From Phoronis australis (Eukaryota; Animalia; Phoronida), in contig NMRA01000016.1 of assembly GCA_002633005.1 (NCBI GenBank), positions 1,717,766 through 1,781,765 on the forward strand: DNA of 64,000 bases, in the 5' to 3' direction. This document shows positions 36,821 to 49,300 of the stretch, in pieces. The notes beneath the pieces were generated by a model. It was not told where the DNA came from. It ran no database searches and saw nothing but the letters and a program-made list of their open reading frames with translations. How positions within the stretch are numbered: the first letter of the stretch is position 1; the number at the start of each line of letters is the position of its first letter. A program made the position numbers and the translations under genes.

Positions 36821-39800
36821 GTTACCCCCGTACAGGCAACGGCAGACGTCCATTTCCGTATATACTGAAATGGACTCTAAGTGTTCCTATGGTCAGATGT
36901 TGGTATCTCGTTCATCTATGCTAAGAGCTCGCAGGCAACAGCTTGCATAAGGAAGGCGGGGGCGATGACCGGGTTCCGCGGTTGCTGAAAGACAAGCAGC
37001 ACGCTTGCCTTTGCAGCGACTTAAACTTCACAAAACGCCTGTTTACTAATAGTTTGATACATTTTGGATTGCACTCTATTCCTTTTATACGCTTTCCTGA
37101 TTCTTTGAATATTTATTACCAAGAAGTCAATACAATACACATGCAGACCTAGAAAGCGCTGAGAAGTATTGTAGCTGGGTTAAGCAGTACAATACAAAGA
37201 AATCTGTGTACAATTACACACACCTACATGTACATAAATTGATAAACTAATGTTAAGATTACAATGAAATGTTTTAAATATAAATATGATTACGAGTATA
37301 AATAAATCATTTTCATACACAATAGGCGCTTTTTAGTGATGATCCAAAAATTAGCACATGCATACGATGTAATCAACTCACACAAAGACATTTAATATTA
37401 AAAAGAAATTTTGAAAATATTTCGTGTAAAACCTTGTTTTCATTTAAGTGAAGATCTTTATATTCATAAAGGAAAAAATTGTTATAAATTTGAGGAATAT
37501 CTGAATATTGTTTTTGAACATTGGTGGAATTGTTCGAGTGTTTGGAAAAGCTTTGTCCTCAGCTCCCCGCAAAGAAAATATAAATAATTGTCTGAGAGTC
37601 TCCACAGGATCACAGAGGTGAAATTATAATTATGTCTAAATTTGTCGTTTAGGTACAGTCCGCATCTTGATCTGTATTGGATGATTCATGGTTGCGAGGA
37701 AGTTGGAATGATATCAGTGGGACTGGCAGGTCTAGAGTACTGATATGCAGTTTAAAGTTATTTTTGAGAGGGACAATTGAAACGCTTTCTTTTATTTTGG
37801 TTGGTAAGGAATTTCAGTTGTTAGTGCAAGTTAATATCGTAAGTCTCCTGTAGGCCACAATCCTTACCCTGTGTTATGTCGTTTGTACCAGGATTTTCCG
37901 TAGATACATGTAAGCCCACCCGATGAAACGCCCATGTGCGTTTATTCGGCGTTACAAATTCTGGTGTCAAGTGTCCAAATAGTGGAGCGAAAAATTATCC
38001 TCTTAATATCCACTCAGCGTCAACTTTTTGTAACAAATTCAGTTTTGTGGAGCATTTGTCATTTGTAAAAACAGACAAAGTGTCGGTGAGCTATGCAATT
38101 AAAACATGTCAAAGGCAGCAAAACTATGGTTTTCCGTTTAAAAGCACCAGTTTTCCAAATAAACGCCCGGGCTAAAGCTGCTTGGAATTGTAGTCTTTCT
38201 GATCGAAAAAGTATGCCATCATTTGCTGATTGATACATTGTAGATTATGTCGCAGTGAAATAAATGTGGAACTCCAAAATACTTGATGCATGGAGTTGAG
38301 ATGACGGGAGACGATTCTAATTGGATTAATTTTTGTATTTTTATGAACGAGTTCGCGACAGTGGGGAGTACATGGAAGCTTATGGGCCTAGTAGGAAGCC
38401 AAGGTGTGCGCTTTTTGTGAATAGTTTTCCCATGAGTGATATATCCAGCATTAGATTTGTTTGGAAATGAGTGTTATTAGGCTTAGAAAATATCGACACT
38501 TTTTCAGGATCATCAGGTCAAGTTCAGTTTCCATTCGTGAGACCAGTCCGAGAATTTGTTCAGGTGAGTTTGTAAGATTTGTGAAAAAATAAGGTTGCAT
38601 AAAACGAAAATGAGCCAAAAATGTTGAAAATTGTAACAGCGTTTTTGATATTTAATTTTGAACAGTTATATTATACAAAATATGGACATGTTATTGATCT
38701 TTGTGTTATCCTGTGAATGTACTTTTTTTGATAAAATTTGATAAAAAATCAACGTCACGTTTTCTAGTTAGTGGCAGATTGGTACCAGATCAAAAAACAA
38801 ATTCTACATAATTTTTTGCCGAATTATAGTAGTATAGTTTTGTAACTATTTGTCTAAATGTACAGACTTTTAGATACATTCTAACATAACCTTAATAACT
38901 TAGATGCACAACAAAACGTTTTGAATGCGAAATCAAATTTGTGATGCTTTGAAATAGTCCTCAAGGTATGTGTGACCCTTTCGATAAGTCTCTGTGTTTA
39001 GCCAAATATCAACAGAACTGCAGACTTTAAAACACCATAACTATAAATTATTCTAAGGTAAAAGCGCTGTAGAATTTGACTTTCAAATGATTTACGAATT
39101 GGCTACGTGATCAAGTATTTTTTAGTAAAATCTAGCAAAAGGAAAGGTACATTCACAGCGTAACAACGGTATCTATAGCCTGACAAAATGTTCGAAATGG
39201 AGTCCCAAGAACGCTGTTATAATTTTGAAAATTATATTTTGTTTTCGTTCACCACAACTTTGCCATTTTGCCATGAAAATCATAAAAGTATTATTTTTGA
39301 CAGCCCCTCATCAAATAAATTGGTACTAAGAGTTACTTTGGTTTCTGCACGAAAACTTGTTACCAGTCCATAAAAAACTTCTTAACCAGTTTTACTGTTA
39401 CAATATAGAGATTGCAATGGTGACGTGAAAAACTGGAAAACTATATGAGGTGTAGTAAAAAGCTATTCACTTGCTCGCTCGACTAAGACTGGTATCTCTC
39501 GGAAACTAGGTAAATGGCGCAGTGTGACTTTTACCTCCGCTGTAGTAGAAGTTCACGGGTAATGTGGGCAATAGCAGCGTTAGTTAATGTATAGATAGGA
39601 AGTGCAGGCTGAAAAATCCTTTCATGTACATGTATCACGTTACCTTGGTTTGTAAAAGTAAATGACATTGGACCGTTTTGTAAACATCACTCAATGCAGT
39701 AATTTTAAAACGAACGTTTTAGCTGTGATCGTAATTATTATAGAAATCATATAAACGCACTCCTTTTACGTAAACGCCTCAGTCTCTTATAGTCCATAGG

Positions 39801-40321
39801 GTACTGTGCATACACGCTATCACAAGCACACACTCACACATGCATACACCTGACAATGCGTATTGAAGCGGGTGCATAGCTGAAGTATGACGTGAAGAAC
39901 AATTGACAAGACACAGGGCTCTCTCATTTTTTCAATGCATTCCCGCAAGGAGAAGTCTCTGAGAATTTCTGTCGTTTCTGCTTGACAACAGTAACCAAGC
40001 GAGGCAGACATAGCTTATCCATTAGTAGAAGACCAGAGCCACACGGCTCGCCACTGCCTTCATTAAGGGAACAAACGCTCATTTAATCCCAGAAAGAATC
40101 ATTTGATTCACCATCTCACTGTACAGCCTGAAACAACTTGGTTTTATAAGAAAAGGTAACAATCAATCAGGTTAGGTGATGAAAGGCTGGCCGGGTTGGC
40201 TTATTACGAGTGTACAAATCCCGCGGCTCTTCAGCACGGAAGCCGAAACGATTTGGGCGCAGGTACAAAGGCCTCATGTTGGTATGGAGCCAGTCGCTAA
40301 GTACGAGTCACTACTGAAAAT

Positions 40322-43300
40322 TCAGGAAGAAGAAACAAGAAAAACGCCGAAGAATGTCGTTTCACCTGTTGAGTTAATACGCAATCCGTCAGGAACATCA
40401 GTGTTTTCACTGCTATTCGTACAGTGTGGAGACAGTTTAACAAACAACTTGTCGCCATACTTCAAGCGGAAAACTCCAGCCTGGTACAGAGAATCCCATT
40501 TACTGAAAAAAAACATCAACAAACTTTAAGAGTATTAGCTACGAATGACTCGTTTAAAGCCTGCTTCAAATGACGTTATTTTAGATGCATTGGGCTGACG
40601 AGATTGTCCTAGGAAAGCCTTGGCAAAATAAAAAATACTCGAGTTCAGTTGTGTTAACTATGGGTTTGTATATAACATCAATGTGCGCCGGCGATGTTCA
40701 TTAACGTCGACAATTTATGACAGTGGTGGGCTCTGAGCGATGCTCTAACATACTGTAAGAATCAAACTTACATGTGTTATCGTTCAAGACAGGCTTCAAT
40801 GTTATGAGACATTGGAAAATGGCCTAAGAATATCTCAGAAATGGCTAATCGGACTGATATGAAAGTTTTAGATTCAATGCTTTATACATTATTTTTCTTT
40901 AAATGCCAATTTCGCATGATGTTTTACTAAAAATAGGAGCTTTACGATTTTTACAAATATCAAAAGTTGCGTAAAACTAAAACGAATTGACAACTTAGAA
41001 AACTGAAAAAGCGTGATATTTCATCTTGATCATTGTTTTGCTTCAGAGCAATAATTCCAAGTGAACTCACTTTCTTTAAAAATCAAATGAAAAGCAAGGT
41101 AGGCGTTTATGCGGGCAGTTGGTTGCGAGCTCGGTGAGACTGTAAAGAGCAGTCTTTTCAGTGCCGGCAGAAACAAAAGGAGCAAAATGACCGTCACTGA
41201 AATAACTGGAAGGTGGCAAAAGGTCTGCCCGCGCTTTCCTAACATACAGCCAATAGCTCACTTGCGAGTTTTCAGTTATTCAATGTGACGCCACCGGAAG
41301 AAGGGCAAAACCCGCCAAATTGCCCTTGTTTTGCACCCGAGACTTTGCTACACGCGCTAAATCTTACTGTTTTTCTGGAGAATTTTACATTTAAAACGTC
41401 ACCACAACATAAGAGGTAGTTGATGGATCGTGGAATAACTATGATTGGGCGGAGAAAAGGTGAACTTGTTATGTTGTGCGAAGCTGTGAACGGACTGAAA
41501 TTGGAACTCGACTCGGACTAAGCAGTTACATCGCCCTGAATGCCGCAAGCATACGTTTACTGGGCCGATAGTAGGTCCCCATAAAAAGTCAATCATTTCA
41601 AAATACAGCAAATAAAACCAAATGAAACATGCATATATATTCATGGAGTCATAATTAACACATACCATGATTATGGGTATAATTTAGTCAACAAATAACT
41701 TAAACATATCCATGTAAATCTGTCCCGGGACACAAATCCTACAAATTTCAATTGATATCTTCCCATACTTATTTGCATGTGTCACGCGAAAGGTCACGCG
41801 CTTTGCTCAGTCTCGAGATAGCCTTTGCCTAACTCACGTAACTCAATTGAAATTCTTTGTGGTTATGGCGCGCTCGGTAAAAAAAGTTAACTGTAACCAA
41901 AAAGTGGAGTTGGAATTCTGTGCAAAAGTCACCTTAATTCTCATAGCTATGCTTCATCGAAGATATATATGAGCAAAAAGAATCACTGAAGAATGTAAAC
42001 ACTTTTAAGTGATAGTTTTAAGTGATAGTTTTAAATGTAGCTTGTATTTTTGACGAGGTGAAAACTCTTATTCGGTGAGCGGATTTCACCTACCGCCCGT
42101 TAAAATACACGAGACGAATCTTAAATACATTTCCCATAACAGCGATGGTAGTAGGCATTTTTCACTCTAAAAGCTTAAAAACTCGAAGTAAACTTAACAA
42201 AATACACTCTGCTAACGTATCGGGCAAATGGCCTAAGGACTAATTTTAGCCCTAGCTCCGATGACGTCACAGTTAAGTCTCACAGAATTTTGCGTTATTG
42301 TTATTAAGCCGCATAATGACTATTAAATGGTCAAGTCATAAGTTACTCAACCTGATATATCTGATTAAGGTTTTATTTTGCGTGGAACACGATTGTCCCA
42401 TTTTATGGAATACATTGTATGGCGAAGTGGCTGTATGGTGTCCTCCCATTTTTTCTGTGTAGCTGTACGGGCACGATCTCTGTTAATGAATTGGTGTGCG
42501 TGAACTTGGAATCCGGCTTAATCTCAAGATTAAGTGGAAGTAAGTGTTGCGTGAACTTGGAATTGAGTATTCTATAAGGCAAAATGGTGAAATTTTTGTT
42601 CGGTGAAAAGAATTTTTGTAATTATTGGCCTCGCGATCAACCATTTCCTCCTTTACTGTAACTTATGTCGCTGACCCGGAGGAATATGTGAATGGATAAA
42701 TCGATTATTGTTTGGTAAAACTGATTGCCCGTAGATGAAAAGGTTGGTTAAAATTGACATTATTTTATTCAAATATAACCTGGTTTAGTGCAGTGCAAAT
42801 TTTTATGAACATGAACGTGAATATTTGAGTGAACTTGTCAAGTTGCCTCGCGTATTCCAAGTTCACTCAACACTCACTTCCGCTTAATTCTGAGATTAAG
42901 AAGGATTCCAAGTTCACGTACAGCAAAATAACCGCAATGCCTTTTGTCAGGTTTTGGGTAATCAAATCCACCTCCACAAGAGTTGTTATTCACCGACAGA
43001 GGTCGAGCCGGTACATCTACAGTACAACTACATCGAATCGTTAGCACAATGCCATATATTTTCATTGCCCTATCAGTTATCCTGCTGTCTCATTTACATT
43101 ACCTCAGTGGTTCTTCTGTGCGCGTGATAAAGCTGCTGATTAGTGTATATTTTGCCTCTTGACGCTTTAGTTTTATGTCATGACCGCATTTCCTGAATGA
43201 AGTACACGGAGTACTGGAAAGTAAGAGCGCCATGCATTTAATACAGCCACATTTGCAAAGAGCTAGTTCTGCAGCACATCGCAAAAATGCGATTTAAAAA

Positions 43301-46300
43301 CACACAACAATTTCAATTTCAATTCCTTCATGATGAGTTTACAAGAGTGCTTTTGACCGGAATGTCCTGCAATCCACATATCGTTTGTAAAAGAAGGTTG
43401 CATAACAGGTAGCACAGATTATTCAAGCCAGTAAAAGTTGAGTACAGCCATGATGAAGGTAAAGCTAGTCGAAATTCTCCCCTAACGTCACCACTTCCTG
43501 CCGGTCGTCAACATCTTTCCCTGACTTAATTGCTATAAGAACAATATATTTATAAAAGCACTGATGCAAAAATTAAATATTTTTATCTGTTCCGTACCTG
43601 CGTATCATTTTTTGAAGTTGAATGCTTGCTTCCTTAACATTTTGATTGGGTTTGGACCGTTTGGAATTGGAACTAGATAAGGTTGAACGAGTTTTCATGG
43701 CTTTTTTCAACAAACACATGTAGGCCCTAAGCATTCGGATGTCAATATTGTACACTTTTGGGGACACCGTTAAAATTTTACGCAACTACTGTTAGAGAAT
43801 GTAAGGACACGCGACTTTGTGATGTTTGTAGCCGTTCAATGATCGTGATCTGCCTCGATTAAAGACACACAGAATATTCTGTTTCATTTGAATTTTAACA
43901 GTTTTGTACGCCAAGCTCGGGTCCAACCACTTTAAATAAATGAAGAGATATCGTTTTCATTTGAGGTGGGCCAAGTCTGTCACAACTCCGTCGACACGAA
44001 TGAGGCCTTGTGAATGTGTAACAATATCAGAGATAACAGCCAACTGCACGTCACTGTATTTCAGTCAGCTCATGATTCTAAAACGGGACACGTGAGAATA
44101 ATCATGACGACGGTACTTGAGAAAGCGTCGAAAAGGGGAGTATGTGCTAGCGTATTTGCACGGGCTGCAAACTAGGCACAACACTGGAATGATTTAAAGC
44201 GGCTATAAACCCGCCTTCCATCTCAAAAACAATTTTAGACCTAAAACTATACGCGACCAGCGAATATCATCTCAATTCTATGACTAAACGGGAATCCTTT
44301 CTATAAACTTATCAGAACGTCTCTGCTAGAATAGTAGCAAAGTTATTTGATTCTCAAAATGTGCGCATTCAGGGAAGGAGAAGGAGAGAGGTTCTCGACT
44401 TAATGGTTAAGTGGATAGTGTTTTGCGGACAGAGAAGTACATGTGTAGCCCTGGGGGCCACCGCGATGATTCCTACGAAAATGTAAATAAAGGTAATTTA
44501 AAGGCTTTGGTAGACTTTAGAATAGAAGCAGGTGTCGTTGTACATGTTGAGAATCTGGAAACGTGCCCTAAGAATGCGTGATACACATGCAAGACTACTC
44601 AAAACAGCATTCTTGGATGCATAAAGAGATTACATCAAGACAAAAGTTATCCACAAAGTGGCGAGTCGGCATTTTGGGCCGTGTTACGGGATTCAGTGCT
44701 ATGAGGTCACAGTGGCAGTATAATCTATGGTGGCAGTCAATATGCGTGTGGTATGTTGTTGTGAAAAGGAACTCACTGATATCTGTATACGAGGTGATAA
44801 CAAAAGTTACCGACAGAAATGTGAGCATAGTTATTTTTCACAGTCCGTTTCGAAACGATTCCAAACTAGAACAATCACTTGAAAATTGCAGGTTTTAAAT
44901 TCTGTCGCCATCATCTCTTTTCGTTCTCTACAGTCGTGTATACCTTCGCATGCCCAGTTAAACATCTTGCACACACAGACGTTATTTCGCAGCACTTGAA
45001 CTTAATGCAAAGGAAGAAGATTACGGTTAAGTTTACTATTGTTTTGCGTCTCCAGTTACAGCACGATCACTATGTCGCCGCAAATGCGTCACAGGTTCCT
45101 ATTCACATAAGACATTCTCAAACGCATTCGGGATAAGAGCATGATTGTGCAAGTCACGAATTATGAACTTTTTGTCAGTAACTTAGAAAGTTGAAATTTT
45201 TACTTTGGATTAAGATTCCAACTCAATATGAAGGGCGGTGAGATTTTGTCGCGCTCCACGCAAAGTGCATCCTAGCACTTAGAAGTATCGCCGAGCGCTG
45301 ATTATACTTCAGAAATAAAGAAACATGCGAGACACTTAATTAAAACTTCTCCTAGACGGGAGGAGGAAATCCACCTCCCCACCTCTTCCCCCGTTTGGTA
45401 GTTTGGAGACACAGTTGTATGACGGGCAAAATGTAATTCATGGCTAATACTCTACCTTGCCCCCTAACTCAAACCCTGGATCCGCCCGGGCCTTGCTTTT
45501 TCAAGTTTTTGTCGAGTTCATTAACTGAGGATAGGTTTTACTGCTATGCTGTGGGCTGCAACTCCGAGAGCAGAAATTTGGATGAACTCGATACATACCT
45601 GTGGATGATTCCTAAAGTAAACACGACATTTATAAAATGACGGCAATGTAACAACGAGTTTTCCTACCTCCAGGAAAAAGAACCTTTCTATCTGGTACCG
45701 TTCTACTGCAAGTTTTTAGAATCCAAATCCAAACATTTACATATTAGATTGTACCTTTCAGAATGACATTTGTACGTCACTTGTGAGTAAACTTGATACA
45801 GGCCTTCCTTATTAATCTTTAGGAATTTTCTGCTCAATAACATCATGTTGGTGAAGACGAACTGGTGTGGTTGGGTCTGATCATTCCAGGAAAGAATTCC
45901 ACCATGGTCTGCAAAGTAGGAGTAGAAGAATTTCAACATAAAGATGATGGAATTTAATAATTACGGTTAAGAATTATCTGCACGTACAATGGAGATAATG
46001 AAATTGAGAACCATGACTGTGACTATATTTGTAAGAAGGCAAAGGCTGAAGGGCAAGTTTAACTCGGCGCAACAAAGGAGCCTAGAAACATTTAATGTAA
46101 AAAGAATTTCATACGTACAGTGGCAATACCAGCAGCTGAAATCTTGGAACTTATCTGTCAATCATAATGGCAAATGTTTTGAAAACAACATACTTAAAGG
46201 CGAAGACAACCTTTTTTCATGTCATTTTTAGCAAAAATAGGGTTCGTTGATTATCCCAGACATATTTTTCACTTATTTACAGCTTTTCGTAATTCAATTA

Positions 46301-49300
46301 ATTACTCGTCGTCTAAACAGCTCCAATACAAGTCCACAATAAACTCATCAAACTTAGGTTCACCGATCTGTTCACTGGATGACGAACTGTCCTTTTCACT
46401 GGGTGTCAACCTGGGCCTGTATTCACTCCCACTACTCAAAATCAGGGCTACTTACAGGTTCTGGAATGCAGACAACAGCACACGGGGAATCACTGCTAGT
46501 TCCTGGAATTGCAAGCTATGGGGGTACGTTCGGAAGCATGGGTGACAGTAGATGAAGTGCCTCCAGTCACTGTTTATAGTAGCTACAGCTCGCGAGGCTT
46601 CTCGCTTCAAAAACGCACTTCTTGGGGTGGCGACGGGGCACTGCCGGGAATCAACAGTGACGTTATGGAACGCTTCTTCAGGCGTTGTTTCGCAGGGACC
46701 TTCATCAATTCAGCGTACATATCTCTGTCGTAATCTGACAGCTTTCTACTTCTTTGTACGTTGCGTGAACGGATAGCGCTGCGTTCTTCACACGAACGAG
46801 CTAGCCAAGTACGGCGAAGTGTGTCACCCTTCGGAAAGCGATGCAAGGTACCCAAAGCGCATGTGAGACGATAATGAGTACATCCTGGTACGCAACAACA
46901 GCGTGGCATGTTGATTGACTCGTAAGCAAAAGCAAACGACGACCGAACATATCACATCCGAGGTAGAACAATGACCGACTCGACTGCTCTCATAGTCAGA
47001 CTGTATGAAAAGAAATTGGCGCGAAATTCTTGCCTCCCAAAACGTCACTTCCGGAGTAGAGGACGAGAAATGAATTAAATTACGAAAACCTGTAATTGAG
47101 TGAAAAATATGTCTGGGATAATCAACAGACCTTATTTTTGCTAAAAGTGACATGAAAAAAGGTTGCCTTCGCCTTTAAGGACAAAAGTTAAAACGATACA
47201 AATTTTCTTGCGAATCAAATTCACTCAACATCATGTGTCGATTGTTTATAAATTTTGTGACACGTCACAAAAAGAGTCTTGGAATAAAATATTCTTGTTT
47301 TCTATAAATATTCTAGTAGGAGCGCAAAAATTCATGAAACGTTCGTTACCATGTAAAATTCTTTTGTATTGTGACTCTGGACCACTCCCAATATGGACGA
47401 GGAGGTGCGAGACTGGTACGTAAGCGCCTGTAAGAACAAAAACATACATTTTCACTAATAATGCGACAAAGGCTTGAATAAGCAAAAACTGCGAAGACGT
47501 CGGATGAATTTTATACCAAAACAAATGTATCTCACGATTCATGGTTAAAACACATTCCGTAAAGCAGTCTCCCGTTTTAATGATAGTGCTTCTTGCCAAG
47601 GAAGTGTATAGCATCTACGTGTAAATGATTAGTTATCTTGAAATTTTAAAGTCAAAAGACAAATGCCAGTTTTCAAATCTCCCATCTTGTGACGTCTTGA
47701 GTGGAAAAAGCTTTACGATGCAAACAAGATTAATGCACTACCCAGTGGAGGATTTGGGGGGGGGGGGGCAAGGGGGCCATGACCCCCTAAATTTAATTGT
47801 CCAGATACCATTTGACAGTTCGGGGTGCGAATTGCTGACTAGCATATGCTCGCATCCAGGGGGTCTCGGGGAGGGGGAATGCACAATGCATAGGCCTTGA
47901 ACGAACACCGTTTACCGGTTTTTTTAGTAATAAGGTCCACAAACCCAAAAATTTAAGACCCCTGCATCCCTACATTTTAGGCTGGGCGCGCGCATGTAGC
48001 GAAATTCTGATTATTCCTGTGTCCTGTCCCCCAACTCAAAATCCTGGATCCGCCCCATTACCGATCAAAGTGAAAACTGCAGACAACTGGTGTTCTGTCG
48101 CCTTGCGTACGATATGGGAGACATGGCTANTATAGCCTCCACTTTTTTCAGCGTTACGCCGCCCATGACCGTACAAACCTCATTGTCGTGCTTGCTCACC
48201 GAGGAGTCTGCTCCTACTGTGTGGAGATCAATGAGTCGATTAGTGGTGGTTTAACGGATAAAATACTGGCTTAAATAAATTGATACAGCTGTACAATAAT
48301 TAAATTCCTCAACGTAAATTTGTAATCATTTCTACCCGAAGAATTACGATAAGAAATAGCCAAACCAGATTCATTAGTTTTCTATCCTCTGGTACCAGTT
48401 AATGATGGTTTTAGCTCTTTCAATCCTTATGAATAATCGGCCGGCAAATAGTGACATCACATAGAAGACTGCGGGAACGCTTAGCAATGGACAAGATATC
48501 TTGACTAAGCCTCGATTAAGAAACCACTGTCGTCAGAGCTGAAACCAACCGAGAGGTTTCTGTAATGCATATTTTGTTGATAACCATCTCCAGACGCCAT
48601 AATACAATACCCGGATCTTGGTATTATATTGTAAAACCAAAATCTTGATATTATAATATAACACCAAAATCCTGATATTAAAACATCATGATCTTGATAT
48701 TATATGACATCAATATCACAGGCAGAAATTCAAAATTTTAACATACGTATGCTATTGGCGATAAATCTCAAGATTTGCTATTAATATAATGTTCATTATC
48801 AGCACAAGCGATATACAGTTTAGGCATCTGCAGAAGCAGTCAAACTTGTTGACCTTTTTGACATTTTGAAGGAGAAAATGAAGAATTTCTGAAAACAGCC
48901 GGGACTGGGTGACCTTGATGTGATTTTCGAGGTTTCGTATAAATGGTTATGCAAGATGAAATTTCGAAAACGCTGTTTCAGTTTTCTAAATTATCATTTT
49001 TTTCGAAAAGATCATAAAAGTCCCACTTTTGACAGGTCCTCATGAAAAGTGAAACATTTCAAAAAACGCCCTAACAACCGATAGGAGAGAAGTGAATGTT
49101 TCTCATGAATACGACCAGCCTGGATTTTCTGAGACATGATGAAATGTCCGATTCTAGCCAAATTTGGATATGTAGATTGTGCTGTTTGCACACAGCGTTG
49201 GCTGTGAAAATGGATTTTGGACTCTGCCACGTGTTAGTGCAACACGATGGACACAATAGTCACCACCATCCGTCCGTCCGTCCGTCCGTCCGTCCGTCCG

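Noticed and set aside
48179-48216. Possible extra exon in TNF gene B intron 2
   Set aside because: Available donors give phase 0, incompatible with the phase-1 exon 3.
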